Source of the DNA: an uncultured Gemmatimonadales bacterium | GTDB taxonomy: Bacteria > Gemmatimonadota > Gemmatimonadetes > Longimicrobiales > RSA9 | Length of the DNA stretch: 64,000 nt | Reading direction: 5' to 3' | Assembly: GCA_963783305.1 (NCBI GenBank) | Contig: CAWAMW010000011.1 | Location: forward strand, 96,001 to 160,000 | Part shown: positions 55,608 to 64,000 of the stretch, in pieces | Numbering within the stretch: the stretch's first letter is position 1 | Layout of the letters: the number at the start of each line of letters is the position of its first letter | Made by a program: the position numbers and the translations under genes | The notes under the pieces: generated by a model | What the model was told of the DNA's origin: nothing | Databases searched by the model: none | Seen by the model: only the letters and a program-made list of their open reading frames with translations

Positions 55608-56209
55608 TGCCCGTGGTCCAGTACTCTTCTCGGGAGATCCTGTGCAAGATCGTGTACTACGGTCCGGCCAGGAGCGGCAAGACCACCAACCTGCAGTGGG
55701 TCCACCGTTCACTCCCCGATGGGCGGAGCAGTGAAATGGTCTCCCTGGCCACCGAGAACGATCGCACCCTCTTCTTCGACTTCCTGCCCCTCGACCTGGG
55801 CGAGATCTCGGGCTTCCGCACACGGCTCCAACTCTACACCGTCCCCGGCCAGGTCTACTACAACGCTACACGTCGGCTGGTACTGAGGGGCGCCGATGGC
55901 GTCGTCTTCGTGGCGGACTCGGAGCCACGGCGCCGGCGAGACAACATGGAGAGCCTGCGCAACCTCCAGGAGAACCTGCTGGAGAACGACTTCGACATCC
56001 GGGAGCTTCCGCTGGTCCTCCAGTACAACAAGCAGGACCTGGAGGGGGCCCGGCCGAAGTCCGAGATGGACGACGAGCTGAACTTTCGCGACGTCCCGTC
56101 GCACGGGGCGTCCGCCGTCCAGGGTGTGGGGGTCATTCCCACGCTGCGCTCGGTGAGCGAGATGGTGCTCCACAGCGTATCACGGCGCTTCGCCTCGCCC
56201 ACGGCCTGA
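55607..56209 (+). CDS. mglA: MglA-family small GTPase
   Basis: KIVYYGP..SGKTTNL, DRTLFFDF, YTVPGQ, GADGVVFVADS, NKQD. Confidence 0.93.
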   Translation: MPVVQYSSREILCKIVYYGPARSGKTTNLQWVHRSLPDGRSSEMVSLATENDRTLFFDFLPLDLGEISGFRTRLQLYTVPGQVYYNATRRLVLRGADGVVFVADSEPRRRRDNMESLRNLQENLLENDFDIRELPLVLQYNKQDLEGARPKSEMDDELNFRDVPSHGASAVQGVGVIPTLRSVSEMVLHSVSRRFASPTA

Positions 56210-56216
56210 CCGCAGC

Positions 56217-58040
56217 ATGCCCCTAGACCTGGATCCGCGCTTCACCTTCGACTCCTTCGTGGTCGGCCCCGCCAACCGTCTGGCGGTGGCCGCCGCCCGC
56301 CGCGTCTCGGACGCACCCGGCACCACGTACAACCCGCTCTTCATCTACAGCGGGTCGGGGCTCGGGAAGACCCATCTCCTCGGCGCCATCGGTCACCAGA
56401 TCGAGAGGGTCCATGGGATGAAGGTGGTCTCTGACACGATGGAGCACCTCATGGAGGCCATCAGCGCAGCCGTCGAAGCCGGAGAGCGCGACGCCTTCCG
56501 GGGGGCGCTCCGGGAGGCGGGGCTCCTGCTCCTCGACGATGTACAGTTCCTGGCCGGTCAGCGGCAGATCCAGGAAGAGCTGCTCCGCATCTGGGATGCG
56601 CTGGCAGCCCGCGGCACACAGGTGGTTCTCACCAGCGATCGCCAACCGCAGGAGATCGACGGAATCGATGACCGCCTCCTGAGCCGGCTCTCCGGCGGCC
56701 TCATTGTCGACATCAGCGCCCCCGACTACGAGACGCGGGTCGCCATCGCCCGGCGAAAGGCCGAAGAGCGCGGGAGCATCCTGGCCCAGGGAGTGTTTCA
56801 GTCGCTGGCGCGGATCGCGTTCACGAACGTGCGGGAGCTCCAGGGTGCGCTGAACCGCATCATCGCCGTGCAGGAGCTCGAGGGCAGGGAAGTCACGCCC
56901 GACGACGTGCCGGAGCTCCTGGGATCCGCCGCCGACCGCGGACGGGACGAGTTCGGCGAGTTCCTCTCCGACATCACCGGCTCGGTGGACGACGTGGTGC
57001 AGCGGGCCGACCGCTACATCGCGGACGCCATCCTGGCGTGGGAAGGAGAATCCTACCGCACCCGGCGACTCGACAGCGCTCTCACCGGCCATGTCACCGG
57101 GGCGGAGGCGCAGGAGGTGGTGCGGCGGTTCGAGCAGGACATCGTTCGGCTCCGGGAGATCGAGAACGAGATACGGCAGCTGGACCCGGCAGCCCGGGAG
57201 CTCGAGAGTTCCGTGTTGCGGGACCCCGACCGCGTGGCCGAAGCCGAATCGCTCCTCAGCACCGTCCGTGAGCGCCAGTCACCGCCCCCCGCTCCCCCCG
57301 AGGGTCTCGCCCTGGGCGAGCTGGATGGCGCGGAGACGCTCGCAGTTCGCGCGGCCCTGTCGGTCGCCGACCAGCCGGGCAGCGCGTTCAACCCGCTGTA
57401 CGTGCTCGGGCCGGCCGGCTCCGGGCGCTCGACCCTGCTGATCGCCCTGGCCAATGCCCTCGTGGGACGGGGGTTGACGGTGGCGTACATGGACGGCGCC
57501 ACGTTTGCCGAGGAGCTGATTGACGCGCTGGAACGGAGCCGCCTCGAGGCATGGCGCGCCCGGCTCAGGGGAGCCGACGTGCTGGTCCTCGACGACCTGC
57601 ACGAGCTGGCCGGCCTGGAGCGCGGGTACGAAGAGCTCTTTCACCTCATCGACGGGCTCCACCGGGAGGGCCGCCAGCTGGTGTTCTCCGCCAACGTGCC
57701 GCCGCAGGCGCTGCCGTTCCCATCACGTTTGCAGAGCCGCCTCGAGGCCGGGCTCGTCGTGGAGCTCCAGCCGCCGACCCAACGGCAGGCGCCGACCCCG
57801 GACGCGGTGTACGCCGGATCCCCGGAACCCGCGGTGGGGGCGGTGGACGGCATGGGGGCGGCTGAGCCGGGTTCCCAGAAGGCCGCGGACCGGCCGGACG
57901 CGACGGCAACGAGCGAGACCGCGCCTGCCGGCGAACAGGGCCGCTCGGCAAGACACGCCGCGCACTGGATTCTCAGCCGCGAAAAGGTCCTGTGGGAATG
58001 GCCCTACTCACAGGACTGGATCGAGGAGGACCCGGACTGA
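56217..58040 (+). CDS. Protein with two DnaA/Hda-type AAA+ modules, lacking DnaA domains I and IV
   Basis: FTFDSFVVG..N, YNPLFIY.GSGLGKTHLL, DDVQF, RLLSR, NVREL.GAL; second FNPLYVLGPAGSGRS, DDLHEL, RLQSR. Confidence 0.85.
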   Translation: MPLDLDPRFTFDSFVVGPANRLAVAAARRVSDAPGTTYNPLFIYSGSGLGKTHLLGAIGHQIERVHGMKVVSDTMEHLMEAISAAVEAGERDAFRGALREAGLLLLDDVQFLAGQRQIQEELLRIWDALAARGTQVVLTSDRQPQEIDGIDDRLLSRLSGGLIVDISAPDYETRVAIARRKAEERGSILAQGVFQSLARIAFTNVRELQGALNRIIAVQELEGREVTPDDVPELLGSAADRGRDEFGEFLSDITGSVDDVVQRADRYIADAILAWEGESYRTRRLDSALTGHVTGAEAQEVVRRFEQDIVRLREIENEIRQLDPAARELESSVLRDPDRVAEAESLLSTVRERQSPPPAPPEGLALGELDGAETLAVRAALSVADQPGSAFNPLYVLGPAGSGRSTLLIALANALVGRGLTVAYMDGATFAEELIDALERSRLEAWRARLRGADVLVLDDLHELAGLERGYEELFHLIDGLHREGRQLVFSANVPPQALPFPSRLQSRLEAGLVVELQPPTQRQAPTPDAVYAGSPEPAVGAVDGMGAAEPGSQKAADRPDATATSETAPAGEQGRSARHAAHWILSREKVLWEWPYSQDWIEEDPD

Positions 58041-59659
58041 TGGCGATCAAGGGCAGTCTCCGCGAGGCGGGGCTGGCGGACGTGTGCCAGCTCCTCTCCA
58101 TGGGCCAGAAGACGGGGCGGCTATCGGTCACCGACGGCTCTCGCTTCGGACAGATCTATTTCGACCGCGGCCGCATCAATTTCGCCACCATCGTGAACCG
58201 GCGCGACCGACTCGGCGACCTCCTGGTGCGCGACGGGGCCGTGCGGCACGACCAGCTCATGGAAGCGGTGGACGCGCAGGCGGAGCGGCCCGACCGGCGC
58301 CTGGGCGAGATCCTGCTCGAGCGCGGCCTCATCGACAGCGCCACCCTCACGGCCTCGATCGAGCGGCAGATCGAGGAGGCCATCTACTACCTGTTCACCT
58401 GGAAGCAGGGCAGCTTCTACTTCGAGCCGGGGAAGGCGCCGGAGAGCGGTGAGATCCTGATCCGCGTGAATCCGGAGAACCTGCTGCTCGAGGGCGCTCG
58501 CCGAGTCGATGAGTGGGGCGTGATCGAGAAGAAGGTCCCCTCCATGAACCTCATCTTCGGCCTGGACCGTGAGCGCATGGAGGATGCGGACGTGCAGTTG
58601 ACGCCGAGTCAGCGCGCCCTCGTGCCGCTGATCGATGGCGACCGTACGGTGGAGGACCTGGCAGAGGAATCTGGGCTCGGGGAGTTCGCCACGGGAAAGG
58701 CCCTCTACGGGCTGATCCAGGCCGGCTTCGCGTTCCGCGTGGGCCGCCGGGCCGGCGCGGAGCCGGTGGAGGCCGGGGATGTGGACGAGGCTCGAAACCT
58801 GGGCGCCGCGTTCTACGAGACGGCGATGCTCGATGACGCCGAGCGCGAGTTCCGCCGGGCGCTGCGGAGTCGCCCGCACGACGTCACCGCCCGGCACTTC
58901 ATGGCGCTCATCGCGCTGCGGAAAGGTGAGGCCGCCGAGGCGATCCGGCGCCTCTCCGCCCTCCTCGAGGACGCCGGACCACGGACCGGCGTGTTCCTGA
59001 ACCTGGCCTTCGCACTCCGACTCGAGCGTCGGTACTCCGATGCACTCCGCGTCCTCGACGCGGCTCAGAAGTCCGCGCCGAACGATCCGCGGGTCCGGCT
59101 CGCGCGGGGCGCGACCCTGCTCTTCGCGGGCGAGATCGCCGCCGCCGCCGAAGCGCTCGACGAGTACCGCACCATGCTCCACCCCGACACGCTCCCGCCC
59201 GCGCCCTACTACTACTGCGTCGGGCTCGCCGCCACCGTGGCCGGCCGCATGGAGGACGCCGACGCTCTCCTCGATGAGGCGCTCGGGGCCCATCCCGCAT
59301 CGCCGCCGCTCCACCTCCTGGCCGGGAACCTGGCGGAGAGGCGGGCCGATATGGCGGCGGCCGAGCGCTCCTACCAGCAGGCCGCCGAAGAGGACCCGGC
59401 GCTCGCACAGGCGCATCGAAATCTCGGCGACCTGGCAAGCCGGCGGGGCGTGGACCGAGAGGCCCTCGAGCACTATCGCCGGGCCGCCGAAGTGGACGCC
59501 TCGCTGGGGGACGAGCTCTACATGCGGCTCGCCGACCTGCACTACCGCCACAACGCCCGGGAGGAGGCGATCCGCTGCTGGAGGCGTGCCCTGGAGCTGA
59601 ACCCCGGGAACCAGGTGGCTCGGAACCACCTCGAGCTGGTGGCCCGTGCCGCCCGCTGA
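58040..59659 (+). CDS. DUF4388 protein with tandem MshEN-like motif and TPR array
   Basis: Paralogous N-terminus to 52797-53915; LLLEGARRVDEW; several TPRs. Confidence 0.82.
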   Translation: MAIKGSLREAGLADVCQLLSMGQKTGRLSVTDGSRFGQIYFDRGRINFATIVNRRDRLGDLLVRDGAVRHDQLMEAVDAQAERPDRRLGEILLERGLIDSATLTASIERQIEEAIYYLFTWKQGSFYFEPGKAPESGEILIRVNPENLLLEGARRVDEWGVIEKKVPSMNLIFGLDRERMEDADVQLTPSQRALVPLIDGDRTVEDLAEESGLGEFATGKALYGLIQAGFAFRVGRRAGAEPVEAGDVDEARNLGAAFYETAMLDDAEREFRRALRSRPHDVTARHFMALIALRKGEAAEAIRRLSALLEDAGPRTGVFLNLAFALRLERRYSDALRVLDAAQKSAPNDPRVRLARGATLLFAGEIAAAAEALDEYRTMLHPDTLPPAPYYYCVGLAATVAGRMEDADALLDEALGAHPASPPLHLLAGNLAERRADMAAAERSYQQAAEEDPALAQAHRNLGDLASRRGVDREALEHYRRAAEVDASLGDELYMRLADLHYRHNAREEAIRCWRRALELNPGNQVARNHLELVARAAR

Positions 59660-60074
59660 CAAGAGCGGCTCGGGCCGGCCCAGGGAGGGCCCGCAGAACG
59701 AACGGGCCCGCGCCCTCGTGTGGAGGAGCGGAGATGCCCTCCTGGCCGTTCCTCTGGCCGCGGTGCTGGAGATCGCCGCCCCCGACGCCGACGGGCGCGT
59801 TCGGAGCCGCGTCGGGTCCCTCCCTGTCAGCACGGTCCCCGGATTGCCGCCGGCCGCGAACCCACCCCGCGCGGTCGTGATACGGGCGGGAGGCGCCACC
59901 GTGGCTCTCGCCGCGGATGATGTGGAAGGGGTTCGCGAGTACACCGCGCGCGAGAGTGCCCGCACACCGCCCTGGCTCCGGCTGCTCAACATTGACCATC
60001 TCGCGGGTCTGGTGAGGCTCGACGAGGGTCGTGTCGCCGCCCTGCTCGCCGTCGAAACCCTGCACCCGTCGTGA
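59646..60074 (+). CDS. Short CheW-like protein
   Basis: LLAVPLAAVLEI, VALAADDVEGV, GLVRLDEGRVAALL CheW-type strands. Confidence 0.6.
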   Translation: MPPADKSGSGRPREGPQNERARALVWRSGDALLAVPLAAVLEIAAPDADGRVRSRVGSLPVSTVPGLPPAANPPRAVVIRAGGATVALAADDVEGVREYTARESARTPPWLRLLNIDHLAGLVRLDEGRVAALLAVETLHPS

Positions 60075-61102
60075 ATCCGCCGCGACGCGGTCGTTGCGCC
60101 AACCGGCGGCTCGTTCCCGCCGCGCTGCTGCTCACCGCCTTCTGTGCCCTCGCGACCTCCTTCGCCCCTGTGTCCGCCCAGGATGCGGTCCGGGCCGGAG
60201 AAGTGACGCTCCACTTCTGGCCACAGCAGCGGGCGCTCGCGACGCAGATCGTTACGCGGATGGCGGAGCAGCTTCCGCTCCCCGCACTGCCCGATTCGGT
60301 CCTCGTCGGCGGCACCGTCGACGTGTACCTGGCCTATGATGCAGCGCGGTGGGACAGCCTTACCGGCGGTGCGGCACCGGAGTGGGGCGCGGGTGTCGCC
60401 GACCCGGCCGCGGGTCTCATCGTCCTCCCGACCTTCGACTGGGAGCGCACCCCGCCGCACACGATCTACCGCACGCTCCGGCACGAGCTCGCCCACGTGG
60501 CGCTCCAGCGCTACCTCGGCGAGGCCAGAATCCCGCGGTGGTTCAGCGAGGGGTACGCGCAGTGGGCGGCGGGGGAGTGGCGCTGGGAATCCGCATGGCA
60601 GCTGCGGATGGCCTTCGTCCGCAGCGACTCGCCGCCCCTCGACTCCCTGACCCTCCACTGGCCCGTCGCGGAGACCGACGCTCGCCTGGCGTACCTGCTG
60701 TCTGCCAGCGCCGTGGCCTACCTGGTGGAGCGAAGCGGTGAGCGGGGCATTCGCATCCTGCTGGAGCAGTGGCGGGAGGATGTCGACTTCGATGCCGCCT
60801 TCCGCTCCGTCTACGGCCTCACGATCGGCCAGTTCGAGGAAGACTGGCGGGCGTACGTGAAGCGCACCTACGGCTGGACCGTCGTCCTCGGCCACTCCCT
60901 CTTCTTCTGGGTGATCGCCGCCGTCCTTCTGCTGGTCCTCTTCTTCATTCGACGACGACGCGACCGCGCCCGACTCGACACGCTCAGGGCCACCGAGCCC
61001 CCGGACGATCCCGCCTACTGGGAGATCGACTTCGACCCGCCGCTTCCGCCCCGCCCCGGCGAACCCGCGCCGCCGGGTCCGCACGTTGACCCGGGCGGAT
61101 GA
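60071..61102 (+). CDS. Membrane-anchored HExxH metallopeptidase (peptidase MA-like)
   Basis: Signal peptide, RHELAH, PRWFSEGYA, C-terminal TM followed by RRRR. Confidence 0.8.
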   Translation: MNPPRRGRCANRRLVPAALLLTAFCALATSFAPVSAQDAVRAGEVTLHFWPQQRALATQIVTRMAEQLPLPALPDSVLVGGTVDVYLAYDAARWDSLTGGAAPEWGAGVADPAAGLIVLPTFDWERTPPHTIYRTLRHELAHVALQRYLGEARIPRWFSEGYAQWAAGEWRWESAWQLRMAFVRSDSPPLDSLTLHWPVAETDARLAYLLSASAVAYLVERSGERGIRILLEQWREDVDFDAAFRSVYGLTIGQFEEDWRAYVKRTYGWTVVLGHSLFFWVIAAVLLLVLFFIRRRRDRARLDTLRATEPPDDPAYWEIDFDPPLPPRPGEPAPPGPHVDPGG

Positions 61103-61113
61103 TCGGCTATCTT
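61086..61113 (+). promoter_or_regulatory. Sigma70 promoter, likely giving a leaderless mRNA
   Basis: TTGACC-16 bp-TATCTT, 6 nt before ATG 61120. Confidence 0.6.
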
Positions 61114-61119
61114 TCCCCC

Positions 61120-61320
61120 ATGATTCAACAGAAAACGCACGTACAGAAGCACCTCCCCCCGTCTCTCAAGTGGACCTCGGTCAACTACGGTCTCATGGGA
61201 GCGGGGCTGCTGTCCCTGGTCGGGGGGTTCTTCCTGCTGGCGAACGCCTCGACCGTGGCCGCGCCCCTGCTGCTGGCCCTCGGATACGTGGTGCTGATCC
61301 CACTCGGGATCGTCCGGTAG
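61120..61320 (+). CDS. Small two-TM membrane protein (DUF3098-like)
   Basis: NY.L...G, APLLL.LGYVV pattern. Confidence 0.65.
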   Translation: MIQQKTHVQKHLPPSLKWTSVNYGLMGAGLLSLVGGFFLLANASTVAAPLLLALGYVVLIPLGIVR

Positions 61321-61335
61321 ACACAACCCGGTTTC

Positions 61336-61410
61336 GGGCGCGTAGCTCAGCTGGTCCAGAGCGCCTGCTTTACACGCAGGATGTCGGGGGTTCGAATCCC
61401 TCCGCGCCCA
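61336..61410 (+). tRNA. tRNA-Val(TAC)
   Basis: GGGCGCG/CGCGCCC acceptor, CCTGC-TTTACAC-GCAGG anticodon arm, TTCGAAT T-loop. Confidence 0.96.
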
Positions 61411-61441
61411 CTTCTCCCTCCACCCTGACACTCAGGCGACC

Positions 61442-61834
61442 ATGCCGTTCAAGGTCCGGCTCATAGAGCAGGGGGCGGTCCTCCTCGTCCGCGCCGTGGG
61501 CGTAGCCGAACCCCGAGACTGGTTCGACCTCGCCGACCGCGCACGCATGGATGGGCGTTCCCCTCGTGGTCTCATCATTGACCTGCGACGCAGGGAGACC
61601 CTGCCCTCGGCCGACCAGGCGCGCGAAACCGGCAGCGGGCTCGCCGGTGTGGCCGTGCACCGATTCGACGCCATCGCGCTCGTGGCTCGCCCCGGCGCCC
61701 AGTTCGGACTCGCCCGCATGGTGGCCCTGTTGACGGAGCTCGAGGAGCTGTCCACAGCTGCGTTCCAGGAGCCGAAGCCGGCGCTGGAGTGGATCCGGCA
61801 GCGACTCGAGGAACGGGCGGTGGGCGGCTCCTGA
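61442..61834 (+). CDS. Hypothetical protein, possibly STAS/SEC14-like fold
   Basis: LIIDLR, IALVA, FGLARM, AF....ALEWI pattern. Confidence 0.55.
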   Translation: MPFKVRLIEQGAVLLVRAVGVAEPRDWFDLADRARMDGRSPRGLIIDLRRRETLPSADQARETGSGLAGVAVHRFDAIALVARPGAQFGLARMVALLTELEELSTAAFQEPKPALEWIRQRLEERAVGGS

Positions 61835-61996
61835 GGGGCTGAGCCATACCCCCTGCGGAGGGGACCACCCGTCACCCGGGGCAGGGGTCTCACCGACGCC
61901 CGGATGGGGGTTTTCCCCCCTTGTTGTGCGTCATGGCTCGTGCGAGGTTTCCCCCGTCGCAAGGAACGACTCGGACGGGCGGGGAAAAGGGAAATA

Positions 61997-63109
61997 ATGG
62001 CGACGAACGAGGCCAGGGCGTCGGGTGGAACCGGAATCGTGCTGCTGAACCTCGGCGGTCCGGAGACCGTCGAGGATGTCGGGCCGTTCCTCCTGGAGCT
62101 GTTCGCGGACCGCGAGATCATCCAGCTCCCCTTCCAGGGTTTCCTCGGACCGTTCATCGCGAAGCGGCGGACGAAGGGGGTCCAGGAGCTGTACGAGGGG
62201 ATCGGCGGCGGCTCTCCCATCCTGCACTGGACGCGACTTCAGGGTGAGGGGATGGTGGAGCGGCTGGATCGGCTGAGCCCGGATACGGCCCCTCACCGGT
62301 TCTACGTCGCGTTCCGCTACGTCCAGCCCACGAGCGAGGACGCGCTGCGGCAGATGAAGGCCGACGGGGTGGAGCGGGCGGTGGCGTTCACGCAGTACCA
62401 GCAGTTCTCCTGCGCGACCACGGGCTCCAGCCTGAACGAGCTCTGGCGCGCCGCCGCTCGCGTCGGAATGGCGGAGGACTTCACCTGGAGCGTGATCGAC
62501 CGCTGGCCCACCCACCCCGGCTTCATCCAGGCCATGGCCAAGAAGGTCCGGGAAGGGTTGGAGCAGTTCCCCGAAGAGGAGCGTGACGACGTCCTCCTCC
62601 TCTTCAGCGCGCATTCGCTGCCGCTCTCGGTGATCGAGCGCGGGGACCCGTACCCGCAGGAAGTGGGTGCGAGTGTTCACGAGGTCATGAAGGCCGGCGG
62701 CTTCGATAACCAGTTCATCCTCTGCTATCAGTCAGAGGTGGGGCCCGTGCGCTGGCAGGGGGCCAGCACTGAGCAGGTGATCAAGGACCTGGGCGCCCGG
62801 GGCACGAAGAACGTGCTCGTGGTGGGGATCGCGTTCACCAGCGACCACATCGAGACCCTGAGCGAGATCGACATCGAGTACGCGGAGCTGGCGCACGAAG
62901 TGGGAATCGAGCGCTTCGAGCGGGCGCCGTCGCTGAATGGCGATGAGGACTTCCAGGACGCACTGGCCGATATCGTCCTGAGACACCTCCAGAGCGGCGA
63001 GGCGTGCAGTCGACAGTACGGGCTGAGGTGCCCCGGCTGCGAGAACCCGCAGTGCCGGAACATCCTGAATCCCGTCGCACCCTACGACAGGACGCCGCTG
63101 AAGGCCTGA
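61997..63109 (+). CDS. hemH: Ferrochelatase with C-terminal [2Fe-2S] Cys motif
   Basis: LLNLGGP, IGGGSP, FSAHSLP, FTSDHIETL.EID, CPGCENPQC. Confidence 0.95.
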   Translation: MATNEARASGGTGIVLLNLGGPETVEDVGPFLLELFADREIIQLPFQGFLGPFIAKRRTKGVQELYEGIGGGSPILHWTRLQGEGMVERLDRLSPDTAPHRFYVAFRYVQPTSEDALRQMKADGVERAVAFTQYQQFSCATTGSSLNELWRAAARVGMAEDFTWSVIDRWPTHPGFIQAMAKKVREGLEQFPEEERDDVLLLFSAHSLPLSVIERGDPYPQEVGASVHEVMKAGGFDNQFILCYQSEVGPVRWQGASTEQVIKDLGARGTKNVLVVGIAFTSDHIETLSEIDIEYAELAHEVGIERFERAPSLNGDEDFQDALADIVLRHLQSGEACSRQYGLRCPGCENPQCRNILNPVAPYDRTPLKA

Positions 63110-63118
63110 GGAGAACCC

Positions 63119-63958
63119 GTGCAATCTACGCTCGCGATCCTGAACGGCTTTCTCCCACTGGGCTACCTGCTGGGTCTCGTGGCGTATCTCGGAGTGTTCG
63201 TGGAGCGCACGGGCCGGATGGAGCGCGTGGCCACCCCGCTGGCGTGGGGGGTCGTGGTAATCCACGGCGCTTACCTGGTCCTCGGTGCCCTGGCGTTCGG
63301 CCATGTCCCCACCGCCAACACGTGGGAGAGCCTGACGTTCATTGCGTTCTGTCTGGCGCTCGTCTACCTGGTGCTCGAGTGGCGCCAGGGGGAGCGTTCC
63401 ACGGGGGTGTTCCTGCTTTCCGTCTCACTCCTGCTCCAGACGCTGTCCAGCGCCTTCATCAGCCACACCCGTGATGTGCCGGACATCCTGCGCTCGCCCA
63501 TGTTCGGCGTGCACGTGACGGCTGCCCTCATGGGCTATGTCGCGCTCGCCGTCTCGGCCGTCTACGGCGTCATGTACCTGATCCAGTACCGGCAGCTCAA
63601 GAAGCAGAAGGTGGGATTGCTCTTCCAGCGACTGCCGAACCTCGAAACGTTGTCGCGGCTGAACATCGGCGCCCTCGCGTTCGGATGGCTCGGACTCACG
63701 GTGGCGATCCTGGCCGGAGCGACGTGGGCCACCACGCTGGAGGTGCAGGGGCGGATCGAGGGGAATTTCCTGACCGACCCCAAGTTCCTCCTGACCGTGG
63801 CTCTATGGCTGCTCTACGGGATCTGCCTCGGCGGACGCTACGTGTTCCGGTGGGCGAACCGCACGCTCGCTACCGCATCGATCCTGGGGTTCGCTCTCAT
63901 GCTCACGTCCTCGCTGATGGTCGCGCTCGCCCTGCGCACCTTCCACGACTTCAGTTAG
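63119..63958 (+). CDS. CcsA/HemX-like cytochrome c assembly membrane protein
   Basis: About 8 TMs, HV, RLPNLETL, DPK motif; upstream of hemA. Confidence 0.82.
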   Translation: MQSTLAILNGFLPLGYLLGLVAYLGVFVERTGRMERVATPLAWGVVVIHGAYLVLGALAFGHVPTANTWESLTFIAFCLALVYLVLEWRQGERSTGVFLLSVSLLLQTLSSAFISHTRDVPDILRSPMFGVHVTAALMGYVALAVSAVYGVMYLIQYRQLKKQKVGLLFQRLPNLETLSRLNIGALAFGWLGLTVAILAGATWATTLEVQGRIEGNFLTDPKFLLTVALWLLYGICLGGRYVFRWANRTLATASILGFALMLTSSLMVALALRTFHDFS

Positions 63959-63962
63959 CGTC

Positions 63963-64000
63963 ATGGAGCTAATCGTCCTCGGGTCCAGTCACCACACGGC
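63963..64000 (+). CDS. hemA: Probable glutamyl-tRNA reductase, 5' fragment
   Basis: MELIVLGSSHHT resembles the HemA N-terminus; heme-gene context. Confidence 0.65.
   Translation, partial: MELIVLGSSHHT

Noticed and set aside
56217..58040. Canonical dnaA with oriC
   Set aside because: No domain IV, no dnaN neighbour, no DnaA-box cluster or AT-rich unwinding element seen

Overview
GC-rich (about 70% by eye) bacterial core-genome segment, almost entirely + strand. Gene content and order (PEP-CTERM proteins, Rex, type 2 IleRS, TonB/ExbBD, MglAB) suggest a diderm such as Gemmatimonadota; this is inference only. Order: probable dnaG 3' end, Zn-ribbon protein, recJ, rsmD, coaD, pta, RsbV/RsbW/RsbU-like module, rsmA, MFS transporter, degenerate His kinase, rex (perfect Rex operator)-arcA-DEDDh exonuclease, MBL hydrolase, acyl-CoA/branched-chain amino acid catabolism genes, glyA, nnr, thiL, plsC, eno, ftsB. 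An accessory block follows (two paralogous GspG-like pilins bracketing tRNA-Met, two PEP-CTERM genes and two CPA2 antiporters), then GDPD, tilS-hpt-ftsH-folP-cdaA, exbB-exbD-exbD-tonB, yggS-divIVA-ileS (frameshifted)-dksA-like-lspA-rluD. The most striking locus is an ~11-kb tightly coupled operon (50187-61102): giant TPR protein, two DUF4388 proteins with tandem MshEN-like c-di-GMP motifs, three Roadblock/MglB proteins, MglA GTPase, a tandem DnaA-type AAA+ protein with no DNA-binding domain, an orphan CheW-like protein and a membrane HExxH peptidase. The window ends with tRNA-Val, a eukaryote-like [2Fe-2S] ferrochelatase, a ccsA-like gene and the start of hemA. No CRISPR array, integrase or IS was seen. 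A few lesions (ileS, tRNA-Met, recJ) may be assembly errors.
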